The notes: generated from the letters alone by a model not told the origin. A stretch of DNA of 63,967 nt, filler included, from 5 parts of 5 records of this genome joined end to end with filler, not necessarily neighbours in it, one strand, 5' to 3'; numbered from the whole stretch's first letter, positions 9,296 through 18,485 are shown. A program made the numbers and translations.

Positions 9296-10074
9296 TGATA
9301 ATAGTTTATTTGCTAGCTTTCATTTCATTATTTCCTGTATATGCCTACTTATTGGCACCAAAAACAAAAAATAAAGGGTATATTTTTGGCATTTCATTTT
9401 TAATTTTAATTTTTTGTTTATTTTCATTCGTTGGTAAATATTCTTTTCTTGGTTCTATAAAAGAACAAGAAATAAATAATAAAATATTTTTAATAATCGA
9501 GCAGGATAGTGAAATACCAGTGAATCTATTTAACTCATTTGATGCAATTATTGATGAAGAAAGCAAACTTTATTGGACCCAAAGTTATATACAGAAAGCT
9601 ATGTCAGAGCAGAAGCTTCAAGCAGCTGAGAGTCTTATTTCTTTTTCAGAAAAATACTTCATGACATCAGATGAGAAGTTTGTTTTTTATAATTTGTACA
9701 CTCAACTTCGAGATTTAAAGTTCCCTATTTTTGTAAACTCTAAATTTATTCTTAACCTTTCTCCACCTGCTGATTGTAAAAATTATAAAGGAAATATTTC
9801 GTTGTTTATTATGAATGGCCCCAACATACCTATTGCAAGTCAAAATTTCCAGAATTCTTTCGAAGTTTCATTAGGTAATAATAATTCTTCAATTCCTGGA
9901 TTTGATCTTGCTTCAGCCTACCTTAATCAAGAAGCTTTGGAGCTTAAAGCATCATTATTTTGTGTTGAAAAAAACTTGGATTATTTTTCTGAAAATGCCT
10001 TATTATTTGATCAAAATAACCATATAAATACCTATAATATTAGGCCAAATGAATGGTTAAAAAGAGAACAATAG
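9295..10074 (+). CDS. Divergent CcmI/CycH-like protein
   Basis: Position after ccmH, two N-terminal TMs, C-terminal GPNIPIA resembling the CcmI C-terminal domain; TPRs not obvious. Confidence 0.5.
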   Translation: MIIVYLLAFISLFPVYAYLLAPKTKNKGYIFGISFLILIFCLFSFVGKYSFLGSIKEQEINNKIFLIIEQDSEIPVNLFNSFDAIIDEESKLYWTQSYIQKAMSEQKLQAAESLISFSEKYFMTSDEKFVFYNLYTQLRDLKFPIFVNSKFILNLSPPADCKNYKGNISLFIMNGPNIPIASQNFQNSFEVSLGNNNSSIPGFDLASAYLNQEALELKASLFCVEKNLDYFSENALLFDQNNHINTYNIRPNEWLKREQ

Positions 10075-10107
10075 TTTAATATAAACGTAAGAAAATTATT
10101 CTCAAAA

Positions 10108-13095
10108 ATGCAGCTAAATCATATAAAACTTTCAGGTTTTAAAAGTTTCGTAGATCCAACGAAGATATCTTTTCCGACAAATTTAGTGGGTGTTGTGGGG
10201 CCTAACGGTTGTGGCAAGTCTAATGTTATTGATGCTGTTAGATGGGTTCTTGGAGAACTATCTGCAAAAAATCTTCGTGGCGAATCTATGGTCGACGTTA
10301 TTTTTAATGGATCTGAAAATAGAAAACCATCTGGGCAATGCAGTATCGAGCTATTATTTGATAACTCAAGTGGAAAAATTGGTGGCGAATATGCTTCATT
10401 CAATGAAATTTCGATTAAAAGAGTTATGACTAGAGATGCTCAATCTACCTATTTCATTAACAGCACAAAATGTAGAAGAAAAGATGTTCAAGACATATTT
10501 TTAGGAACGGGACTAGGCCCAAGCTCATATGCAATTATTGAACAAGGCATGGTTAGTAAATTAGTAAGCGCAAAGCCTGAAGAGTTAAGAACCCATATTG
10601 AAGAGGCTGCTGGAGTTTCAAAGTATAGAGAAAGAAGAAGAGAAACTGAGAGCAGAATCAAAAAAACTAAAGAAAATTTATCTAGAGTTAAAGATATTAA
10701 AGATGAGATTGAGAGGTTAATCAGAAGGCTCGAAAATCAAGCAAATGCTGCAGAAAAATATAATCAATTTAAAAAAGATGAAAGTCAGAAGCAAACCGAT
10801 ATTGCAATACTATACTCACTTGAGGCTAAAAATAATCGAGATAAACTTCAAAAAAATCTTGATGCGTTAAATAGAGATTTAAAAATCAAGCAGGCTGAAT
10901 CAGATTCAAAACAAGCTCAAATTGATGAACATAGAACACAAAATGCTTCTGTTGTAGATGCATATGAAAATGCTCAAAAAAACTTCTATTCGATAGGTGC
11001 TGATATAGCTAAATATGAATCAGATCTTCAAAATGTTAGCAAATTAGAAATTTCTAATACAGATGCTCTCGAAAGAGCAAAAACAAGCTATCAAGATGCT
11101 GTTGAAAAAGAATCAAGTTTCAAGGATTTAAGCCCTAAAGAAAAAGAATTAAAACTAGATATTGCTATTGTAAAAGCTCTTGATGCTCTTAAGCAAAAAA
11201 GTATTATTGATGTCTCCATAAATCCCTTAGAGGAAAAAATTGCTCAAAAACAACATGAACTCGACTCAAAACAAAATATTGTAGATGCAGCTAAAGCAGA
11301 TCAGACTGAAATTACCGAAGAAATCAAAATTCTTCAACAACAAAAATATTCTATTGAGGCTGATATTGCAAGACTTGAGGGGGCACTTCAGAACCTCAAT
11401 AAGATAGAAGAGAACGCAAGATTAGATTTTGAGAAAGCAAGCAGTAATTATTCTGATGCATTGCAAAAAGAGGCCAATAACGAACACTTGACCCCAAAAG
11501 AAAAAGCTATTCATTTACTTGATTCTATCACCGAACTATTGAAAGCATTTGGCTCTAAAGCAGATTCATTAAACTCCAAGGTTGATGAATTAAAAGTACT
11601 GCTAATAAATATCCTTAAAATTGCATCAGATCAATCTAAAAATTATACAGCTGATTTTTTAAACAGAAAGAATCAACTAGAAGATCTTATCAGAACAACA
11701 TCTGAAGATGTATTCTCTAAAAATAAAGAATTATCTGAATTAAAAGAAAAGAATATAAAAATTAAAAATGAGTTGGACTCTGGGTTGGAAAACCAGCGTA
11801 ATGTTGATGAAAAAATTAGAGACTTAGATAGCAGCAAATCATTAGTATCGAATGAACTACGAAGTTTAGAAAAGAATATTTCTGATTACAGGCTTGAGTT
11901 AAGAACGCATGAGATTAATCTAGAAAATGCTTCCATGGTATTGGATAAAGCTGGTATAAGTTTATCAGAACTAGATTCATCTAAGTATGCAGGAGCAGAC
12001 CTTGTAAGCCTGGAGAATTCACTAGATGAGATTCAAAAAAATATTGCTGAATTAGGATCATTTAACCTAGCTTCACCGGAGGAATATTTAGAAAGACAAA
12101 AAGAGCTTAACAATATGATTTCAGATGGCAAGGCTAAAAAACTTGAAATTCAAAAAGTTATGTCAGATCTTGTTGAAAAAAGCTCTATTGCTGAATCAAA
12201 ATTAACTGACATTAGACAAAAGCAGTCAGAATTTAATAACAGTTTAAGAGAATTAGAAAATCAAAAGTCTATTGCTGATCTTGATTTAAAATCTATTGGT
12301 GAGAAGGTTACTAACCTTAGGCTTGAGCTTAAAACCCATGAGATAAATTTAGATAACGCTAATACTAAAATTGCAGAATCTGGAGTAAATATAGAAAATA
12401 TTGATTTTTCAAAGTATGAAAATATGGATATTAATGAGTTGCAGAATAGTCTGACAGATATCCAAGCTAAAATTATTCGTCTTGGAGCAATTAACTTAGC
12501 AGCTCCTGAAGAAATTGCATCCGAATCAAAAAGAAAGGAAGAATTAGATATTCAGTATAATGACTTAACAGAAGCCCTTGAAAAACTTACTGGAGCTATC
12601 AAGACAATTGATATAGAAACAAAGACAAGATTTCAAGATAGCTTTGATGCTATTAATAATAGAATGAAAGAGGTATTCTCAAAATTATTTGGTGGTGGTA
12701 TAGCTGAGTTAGCTTTGACTGAGGATGATGCATTAAATGCTGGTGTGGTTATTATGGCAAGGCCCCCAGGTAAGAAAAATTCTTCTATTTCACAATTATC
12801 TGGTGGTGAAAAAGCTTTAACTGCTTTAGCACTAGTTTTTGCAATATTTGAACTCAATCCTGCACCATTTTGTATATTAGATGAGGTAGATGCTCCTCTT
12901 GATGATCTAAATACAATGCGTTTTATAAATATGGTTGAAGAGATGTCAAAAACAGTCCAATTTATCTTCATCACTCATAATAAAGTATCAATGGAAAAGA
13001 GTGATCATTTGATGGGTGTAACAATGCAGGAGGCCGGTGTTTCAAGAATGGTATCCGTTGATGTAAATCAAGCATTAGAATTTGCTGAGGCCTAA
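10108..13095 (+). CDS. smc: Chromosome segregation protein Smc (995 aa; atypical, no recognisable hinge, internally duplicated arms)
   Basis: GFKSF, Walker A GPNGCGKSN, R-loop AKNLRG, Q-loop IIEQG, EEAAG, signature LSGGE, Walker B/D-loop ILDEVDAPLD, ITH. Confidence 0.95.
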   Translation: MQLNHIKLSGFKSFVDPTKISFPTNLVGVVGPNGCGKSNVIDAVRWVLGELSAKNLRGESMVDVIFNGSENRKPSGQCSIELLFDNSSGKIGGEYASFNEISIKRVMTRDAQSTYFINSTKCRRKDVQDIFLGTGLGPSSYAIIEQGMVSKLVSAKPEELRTHIEEAAGVSKYRERRRETESRIKKTKENLSRVKDIKDEIERLIRRLENQANAAEKYNQFKKDESQKQTDIAILYSLEAKNNRDKLQKNLDALNRDLKIKQAESDSKQAQIDEHRTQNASVVDAYENAQKNFYSIGADIAKYESDLQNVSKLEISNTDALERAKTSYQDAVEKESSFKDLSPKEKELKLDIAIVKALDALKQKSIIDVSINPLEEKIAQKQHELDSKQNIVDAAKADQTEITEEIKILQQQKYSIEADIARLEGALQNLNKIEENARLDFEKASSNYSDALQKEANNEHLTPKEKAIHLLDSITELLKAFGSKADSLNSKVDELKVLLINILKIASDQSKNYTADFLNRKNQLEDLIRTTSEDVFSKNKELSELKEKNIKIKNELDSGLENQRNVDEKIRDLDSSKSLVSNELRSLEKNISDYRLELRTHEINLENASMVLDKAGISLSELDSSKYAGADLVSLENSLDEIQKNIAELGSFNLASPEEYLERQKELNNMISDGKAKKLEIQKVMSDLVEKSSIAESKLTDIRQKQSEFNNSLRELENQKSIADLDLKSIGEKVTNLRLELKTHEINLDNANTKIAESGVNIENIDFSKYENMDINELQNSLTDIQAKIIRLGAINLAAPEEIASESKRKEELDIQYNDLTEALEKLTGAIKTIDIETKTRFQDSFDAINNRMKEVFSKLFGGGIAELALTEDDALNAGVVIMARPPGKKNSSISQLSGGEKALTALALVFAIFELNPAPFCILDEVDAPLDDLNTMRFINMVEEMSKTVQFIFITHNKVSMEKSDHLMGVTMQEAGVSRMVSVDVNQALEFAEA
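10798..11508 (+). repeat. Diverged tandem duplication in the Smc N-terminal arm (2 x 120 aa)
   Basis: DIAI at 10798 and 11158; KQAESDSKQ/KQHELDSKQ; YSIGADIAK/YSIEADIAR; SPKEK (11131)/TPKEK (11491); constant 360-nt offset. Confidence 0.9.
11653..12510 (+). repeat. Diverged tandem duplication in the Smc C-terminal arm (2 x 143 aa)
   Basis: RLELRTHEINL (11890)/RLELKTHEINL (12319); SKY; NSL..IQ; LGSFNLASPE/LGAINLAAPE; constant 429-nt offset. Confidence 0.92.
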
Positions 13096-13724
13096 TGGAA
13101 CAAAATATTGATATATATCTAATTGGTTTATCTGTTCTAATTTTCTTAATTATTACATTTCTATTCATTAGAAAAATTTCAAGTTCTGGAGAACTAAAGG
13201 TAAAAATTGAACCTATTACAGATTCTTTTGAGATCAAAGAGATAGATGAAATAGAGGTAAAATCTCAAAAAGCCTTTGACTTTAATGAGCATGATATAGA
13301 ATATCAAGAACAAAAACTTGTTGTCCTTAATTTAATATCTAACGATAAATCTATGTTTGATATCGATCAAATATATGGCTTTATGACAAATTCAAATGCT
13401 ATTCTTACTAACGGTTTTTTCGTGATTAAAGATACAAATAATAAAGAGTCATTTCGTATAGCAAATGCTTTAAATCCTGGTACTTTTGAAAATGAAACAG
13501 AAACTTTTGCTATTCTTTTGGCAACAGATTTGAATAACGTACCTAACCCATTGAGTTCAGTAAAAGAAATGGTAAATTTTGCTTATCATTTTTCTGAAAA
13601 ATTTTATGCAAATATATGTGATCAAGAAAGAATGCCTATAACAAAGCAAATGATTTCGCATATTGAATCCCAGGCACAGGAAATTATGAGATTAAAACAG
13701 CTTAGCAGTTTAGAAAATAAATAA
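13095..13724 (+). CDS. zipA: Cell division protein ZipA (compact)
   Basis: N-terminal TM anchor, C-terminal FRIANALNPGTF like the ZipA FtsZ-binding domain; directly after smc. Confidence 0.75.
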   Translation: MEQNIDIYLIGLSVLIFLIITFLFIRKISSSGELKVKIEPITDSFEIKEIDEIEVKSQKAFDFNEHDIEYQEQKLVVLNLISNDKSMFDIDQIYGFMTNSNAILTNGFFVIKDTNNKESFRIANALNPGTFENETETFAILLATDLNNVPNPLSSVKEMVNFAYHFSEKFYANICDQERMPITKQMISHIESQAQEIMRLKQLSSLENK

Positions 13725-13742
13725 TTATGATTCTTAATTAAA

Positions 13743-15026
13743 ATGAAGCCCTGGAAAATAATTCAGAAATTAGAAAGCGACAATAGCAGGCTATTTAAAG
13801 AAGGTGTTATAGAAGATAATCTTCATGATATTATTTTACAAGAGGGGCTATCAATGTGTTTGGATGCGTTGGTAACATTTGGGGTCAAACAAGTTCCTGA
13901 ATCTAGTAATGACGGAAAAGGACTTGATTGGGATAAATTTAAATCATCTGCACTGCTTCTAATAAATAGGGAAAGAACTGGCCATGCTGCTAGAGATGAA
14001 ATTTTACATTTAATGTCTCTTGCTACAACAGAACAATGGAATGATTGGTATAGAAGAATTTTAATTAAAGATCTCAGATGCGGAGTAAGTCAAAAAACAG
14101 TCAATAATGTTTCAAAAAAAATGGGATTAAAATATAGCGTACCTGTTTTCTCATGTATGTTAGCTCATGATGGCGCCAAACATCCAAAAAAAATTCAAGG
14201 AAAATGTCTCGTTGAATATAAATATGATGGGGTTAGAGTCTTAGCTATTACAAAAAAAAATAGCACAACTCTTTATAGCAGAAATGGAAAAATTTTAGGT
14301 AATTTTCCGCATATAGAAGATGCACTAAATAAGAAAGAATTTAATAATCTAGTATTTGATGGAGAGGTAGTCAGCGATGACTTTCAGTCTCTCATGAAGC
14401 AAGTTCATCGAAAAACTAATGCTAAAACTGATGATGCTTATCTAGCTCTATTTGACATAGTACCTTTAGAAGAATTTAATAAAGGTAAAAGTAAGCTCAA
14501 TAGTCTAGAAAGAAAAGATTTGCTTAATGATCTGTCAAAAAATTTCAACTCTTGTATTAAACCGGTTGAATATGTAATCTTAGATTTTGATACCGAAGAT
14601 GGCCAAAAAACATTCTCAGGTATGAATAAGAAGGCATTAGAAGAGGGTTATGAGGGGTTAATGATCAAACCAATTAACGATATATACGAATCTAAAAGAA
14701 GTCACGCTTGGCTTAAGATAAAACCTTTTATAGAAGTTACTCTAAAGGTTACTCAAATTCAAGAAGGTACTGGAAAGCACGAGGGTAAGCTTGGAGCGTT
14801 TTCAGTTGAAGGAGAGGATGATGGTAAGTTTTTCTCTTTAAGTGTTGGAAGCGGCCTTACAGACGATGATAGAGAAAAATTTTGGAAAGCTAGAGATTCT
14901 TTAATAGGCCAATTAATTGAAATTAGAGCTGATGCTATCACTCAAAGTATTGAGGGAGAGCATTTCAGCTTAAGATTCCCTCGTTTTAAAACTTTTAGAG
15001 GCTTTGAACCGGGTGAAAAAATCTAA
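13743..15026 (+). CDS. ATP-dependent DNA ligase with N-terminal DNA-binding domain (T4/LigW-like)
   Basis: Motif I EYKYDGVR, SRNGK, III FDGEV, IIIa LFDIV, IV EGLMIK, V WLKIKP, OB-domain VGSG, VI LRFPRF; N-domain IKDLRCGVS. Confidence 0.93.
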   Translation: MKPWKIIQKLESDNSRLFKEGVIEDNLHDIILQEGLSMCLDALVTFGVKQVPESSNDGKGLDWDKFKSSALLLINRERTGHAARDEILHLMSLATTEQWNDWYRRILIKDLRCGVSQKTVNNVSKKMGLKYSVPVFSCMLAHDGAKHPKKIQGKCLVEYKYDGVRVLAITKKNSTTLYSRNGKILGNFPHIEDALNKKEFNNLVFDGEVVSDDFQSLMKQVHRKTNAKTDDAYLALFDIVPLEEFNKGKSKLNSLERKDLLNDLSKNFNSCIKPVEYVILDFDTEDGQKTFSGMNKKALEEGYEGLMIKPINDIYESKRSHAWLKIKPFIEVTLKVTQIQEGTGKHEGKLGAFSVEGEDDGKFFSLSVGSGLTDDDREKFWKARDSLIGQLIEIRADAITQSIEGEHFSLRFPRFKTFRGFEPGEKI

Positions 15027-15637
15027 TGAGTATTAAATATTTAAAAGTACCATTAATTTTTTTGTTAGGCTTAACACTTCAATCCTGTATGGCAACACCT
15101 CCTAAGAATCCTGACAATATCTGTTTAATTTTTGAGGAAAAAAAGAGCTGGTATACAGCTGTTATGAAGTCTGAAAAAAGATGGAAAATTCCGCCGTATG
15201 TATTAATGTCTTTTGTATATCAAGAATCAAGCTTTCAATCAGATGCAAAGCCTGAGAGAACAAAATTACTATGGGTTATTCCATGGAAAAGAAAATCAAC
15301 TGCAGTTGGCTACTCACAAGCTCTAAATATGACCTGGGAAGATTATAAAGAGGAAACTGGAAACACTAGGGCAAACAGAAAAGATTTTAGAGATTCAGCA
15401 GATTTTATAGGTTGGTATGCAAGCAAAGGCTACTATCAAGGTTTTGATAGGCTAGATGCGCGTTCACTTTATCTCGCCTATCATGAGGGATATGGAGGGT
15501 TTAAGAAAAAAACTTATAGAAAAAAACCCTGGTTAATTAAAGTAGCAGATAGAGTCCAAACAAGATCTACGAAATATCAACAGCAATACTGGGGATGTGC
15601 AAAAGAGCTAAAGAGGAAAAGGTTCTTTTTCTTCTAA
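15026..15637 (+). CDS. Lipoprotein with transglycosylase SLT-like domain
   Basis: Lipobox LQSC; YQESSF catalytic Glu motif, STAVGYSQA, DFIGWY, LYLAYHEGYGG. Confidence 0.8.
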   Translation: MSIKYLKVPLIFLLGLTLQSCMATPPKNPDNICLIFEEKKSWYTAVMKSEKRWKIPPYVLMSFVYQESSFQSDAKPERTKLLWVIPWKRKSTAVGYSQALNMTWEDYKEETGNTRANRKDFRDSADFIGWYASKGYYQGFDRLDARSLYLAYHEGYGGFKKKTYRKKPWLIKVADRVQTRSTKYQQQYWGCAKELKRKRFFFF

Positions 15638-15638
15638 A

Positions 15639-17576
15639 TTAGATATTTTTTATATCAAAATTAAGCTTAGAAAGCTCTTCGGTAAAGTTCTCACCAGCTA
15701 TAACGGATTTTTTAGAATCATTAAATAAATACTTTTCGGAAACTTTTACAAGATCTTCTAAAGTACATTCTTTTACTCTTGATCTAAAAAGCAAGCGCTC
15801 TTCTTGTGTTTTATTATCAAGCTCACTCATAAAATCACTCATTGCTTCACCGTAAGGAGATAATGGCTTATCTATACTTGAGATAACCCCTAGCACACCT
15901 TCTTCAAGCTGATCATTTGATATGTTTTTCAAAGACCATGCTCTAGAATTTTTAAATTCTTCAAACGTTTCTATACATTTTGGATCCCTATAAGAGAAAA
16001 ATTTAAATACTTTATTATTTGAATCTTGAGTAGCGCCAGACCCATAAGCACCACCTTTCTCTCTAATTGCCGAATGAAGATAGCCATTACGCAATACAGT
16101 TCCAAGAACAGTTAAAGCAGGAGCATCCTCATGCTTTGAATCAACTGATGGGAAAGCTTCTGCACAAAAACATACTTGCGATCCAGTAACCCAGCCAACT
16201 GAGTTATTTTGAACATCAACAAAATCTTGATTATTTAAATCAAAAGTTTCTGAATTAAATATAGTATTTAGTTTAAGGTCGGATTGATGTAATGATGAGG
16301 CAGTAAATAAATAGTTAGGTGTTTTTGATAACTTATTTTTAATGGAATGCAGAGCATTTAAATATAAATCAAATTCATTCTTATCATTTACTAACTTAGA
16401 TAATTTATTTGTATTATGTATAAATCTTAAGCCTGAAGTTAAATCATTAGTTGCTGCAATATCTGTTATTTGAGATGCAGCATTACTCATTGATAGGATA
16501 TGACCATTTTGAATTACAGATTTTTCGTTATCTGCAGATATAAACTCTAGCAACTCTTTAATTCTCTTTGATTCGTTAAAATTTGAATCACTAATTGTTT
16601 TTAGCATCAAATCCTGCATTAGCAGATCATTTTTTTCTAAGCTCTTGGATGAGAGCTTTAAAGCTAATTTATATGAGTTGCCATCATCATTCGGTAAAGT
16701 AATAAAGGAAGCAGAAATGCCGCCAGTTATTGAAGATTGATATCTTTGAATATCTTCATATGAATCTTGACCAAGGCCAATATCTGTTAATGTGCTTGTA
16801 AAAAGGTTTGCAACACTTAACTCATCCTGGTTTAAAGCATCGCATGGAAATAACATAGAATGATAAACGATACCGTTTGTACCAGTTTTGTAAAAATAAT
16901 TAGTATTTGTTTTAGTTTTTGTTATTACTGGAGATGCATAGTTTCTTGAAAGGGGGATGTCGTCTTTTGTTACCTTTGGAAGAATCTCAGGATCATCTTG
17001 TGCATTCTGTCTGGTTTCAAGCTCGTTAGCTAGCCTTACAATATCTTCCTTTTCTTTTTGTGATAAATCCCTAGTTTTTTCAAAGACTTTTTGCTGGATT
17101 TTATCTTCATTTTTTTTATTGAATTCAGTGTCTGGTACAAGAGAGTAATTCAACCTATGCGCATTTAAAATAAGATTTTTTTCTATGAGCTTTTCAATAT
17201 AATTTTCTGATTTTAGATTTTCTTTAATAGCATCAAATGCATTATCTAGATCTAGAATTTCAAGAGGATTGTCATTATGTATACAAGCTGGTAAACAATT
17301 TAACATTATTTGAAGCCCAAATGGCATGCCTGAGCCTGTTATTTCTCTTTGTCTTATCTCAAGTTGATGTAAAGAGGAGTTTATTAAGTCTTTAGGAACC
17401 CCATCCTTAACAAGCGATTCAAGACAGTCAATTATCAATTTTTCGACTTCAATATGCTTATTTGCATCCACCCCCTCGAGACCAGCTGCAAAAACAAGTT
17501 CTTTTTGATCTGCCTCAAGTCCTGTAAGAGGAGATGGTGATGTACCTAATTCTGAACCCTCTAGAGCTTTTCGAAG
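15639..17576 (-). CDS. M16C (PreP/insulinase-like) metallopeptidase, 5' part cut off by contig end
   Basis: TNGIVY, IREKGGAYG, FFSYRDP motifs; frame stays open to 17576. Confidence 0.88.
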   Translation of the reverse strand, partial: LRKALEGSELGTSPSPLTGLEADQKELVFAAGLEGVDANKHIEVEKLIIDCLESLVKDGVPKDLINSSLHQLEIRQREITGSGMPFGLQIMLNCLPACIHNDNPLEILDLDNAFDAIKENLKSENYIEKLIEKNLILNAHRLNYSLVPDTEFNKKNEDKIQQKVFEKTRDLSQKEKEDIVRLANELETRQNAQDDPEILPKVTKDDIPLSRNYASPVITKTKTNTNYFYKTGTNGIVYHSMLFPCDALNQDELSVANLFTSTLTDIGLGQDSYEDIQRYQSSITGGISASFITLPNDDGNSYKLALKLSSKSLEKNDLLMQDLMLKTISDSNFNESKRIKELLEFISADNEKSVIQNGHILSMSNAASQITDIAATNDLTSGLRFIHNTNKLSKLVNDKNEFDLYLNALHSIKNKLSKTPNYLFTASSLHQSDLKLNTIFNSETFDLNNQDFVDVQNNSVGWVTGSQVCFCAEAFPSVDSKHEDAPALTVLGTVLRNGYLHSAIREKGGAYGSGATQDSNNKVFKFFSYRDPKCIETFEEFKNSRAWSLKNISNDQLEEGVLGVISSIDKPLSPYGEAMSDFMSELDNKTQEERLLFRSRVKECTLEDLVKVSEKYLFNDSKKSVIAGENFTEELSKLNFDIKNI

Positions 17577-17676
17577 NNNNNNNNNNNNNNNNNNNNNNNN
17601 NNNNNNNNNNNNNNNNNNNNTTAATTAATTAANNNNNNNNNNNNNNNNNNNNNNNNNNNNNNNNNNNNNNNNNNNN
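17577..17676. other. Artificial contig spacer
   Basis: N44-TTAATTAATTAA-N44; abrupt compositional change. Confidence 0.98.
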
Positions 17677-18156
17677 GTCGAAATTCCTGGAGTTTCGGTA
17701 TCGAACTTTTTGAGGACCGCAAAGACCGCACTGAGCGGAGAGGCTCCGAAGCTGCGTGAGTGGGTTGGCGACCTGCGCGATGCCATGGGAAACCTCCGCA
17801 TGGACTCGGACTTCACCGAGCGCAACGTGAACGAAGGGTTCTCAGGTGGTGAGAAGAAGCGCCACGAGATTTTGCAGCTTGAGCTGCTGAAGCCAAAGAT
17901 CGCAATTCTCGACGAGACCGATTCGGGTCTCGATGTGGATGCGCTCAAGGTGGTCTCCGAGGGCGTAAACCGCGCTCACGCAGGCAACGGGCTTGGCGTA
18001 TTGCTAATCACCCACTACACCCGCATCCTTCGCTATATCAAGCCTGACTTCGTGCACGTGTTCGTGGCCGGCAAGGTTGCGGAGCAGGGCGGAGCAGAAC
18101 TTGCAGAGCGCCTCGAAAACGAGGGCTACGACCGCTACACCAAGGCCGCCGTATGA
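17677..18156 (+). CDS. sufC: Fe-S cluster assembly ATPase (5' partial)
   Basis: VEIPGVS, RNVNEGFSGGEKKR, ILDETDSGLDVDAL, LITHY. Confidence 0.95.
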   Translation, partial: VEIPGVSVSNFLRTAKTALSGEAPKLREWVGDLRDAMGNLRMDSDFTERNVNEGFSGGEKKRHEILQLELLKPKIAILDETDSGLDVDALKVVSEGVNRAHAGNGLGVLLITHYTRILRYIKPDFVHVFVAGKVAEQGGAELAERLENEGYDRYTKAAV

Positions 18157-18485
18157 CAGAACCCAAAGAGCTAACGCCTCAGCGCTATGACGAGGTCATT
18201 GACGCTATGAAGGAGATCATTGATCCCGAGATTGGCGTGAACATCGTTGATCTCGGATTGGTCTACGGGCTTCAAGAGTCTGAGGACGGCGCACTGCTCA
18301 TCAACATGACGCTTACCTCAGCCGGTTGCCCGCTCACGGATGTTATCGAGGAGCAGACCGCAGAGGCCCTTGATGGGGTAGTAGAAGCTTTCAGAATCAA
18401 CTGGGTCTGGATGCCGCCATGGGGGCCGGAGAAAATCACAGAAGATGGCCGCGAAATGATGCGGTCAATCGGATTCTCTATTTAG
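18153..18485 (+). CDS. sufT: Metal-sulfur cluster assembly factor (DUF59/SufT)
   Basis: DPEIGVNIVDLGLVY, TLTSAGCP, WMPPW. Confidence 0.9.
   Translation: MTEPKELTPQRYDEVIDAMKEIIDPEIGVNIVDLGLVYGLQESEDGALLINMTLTSAGCPLTDVIEEQTAEALDGVVEAFRINWVWMPPWGPEKITEDGREMMRSIGFSI

Noticed and set aside
10108-13095. Smc as Wadjet/JetC, MukB, SbcC or RecN; or its repeats as assembly artefacts
   Set aside because: Head motifs and zipA linkage are those of canonical Smc and no jet/sbcD partners are adjacent. Repeat copies are only about one-third identical in protein, far too diverged for a misassembly duplication.
13743-15026. Ligase as part of a prophage or an NHEJ LigD
   Set aside because: No integrase, phage genes, Ku, or polymerase/phosphoesterase domains; flanked by coupled host genes.
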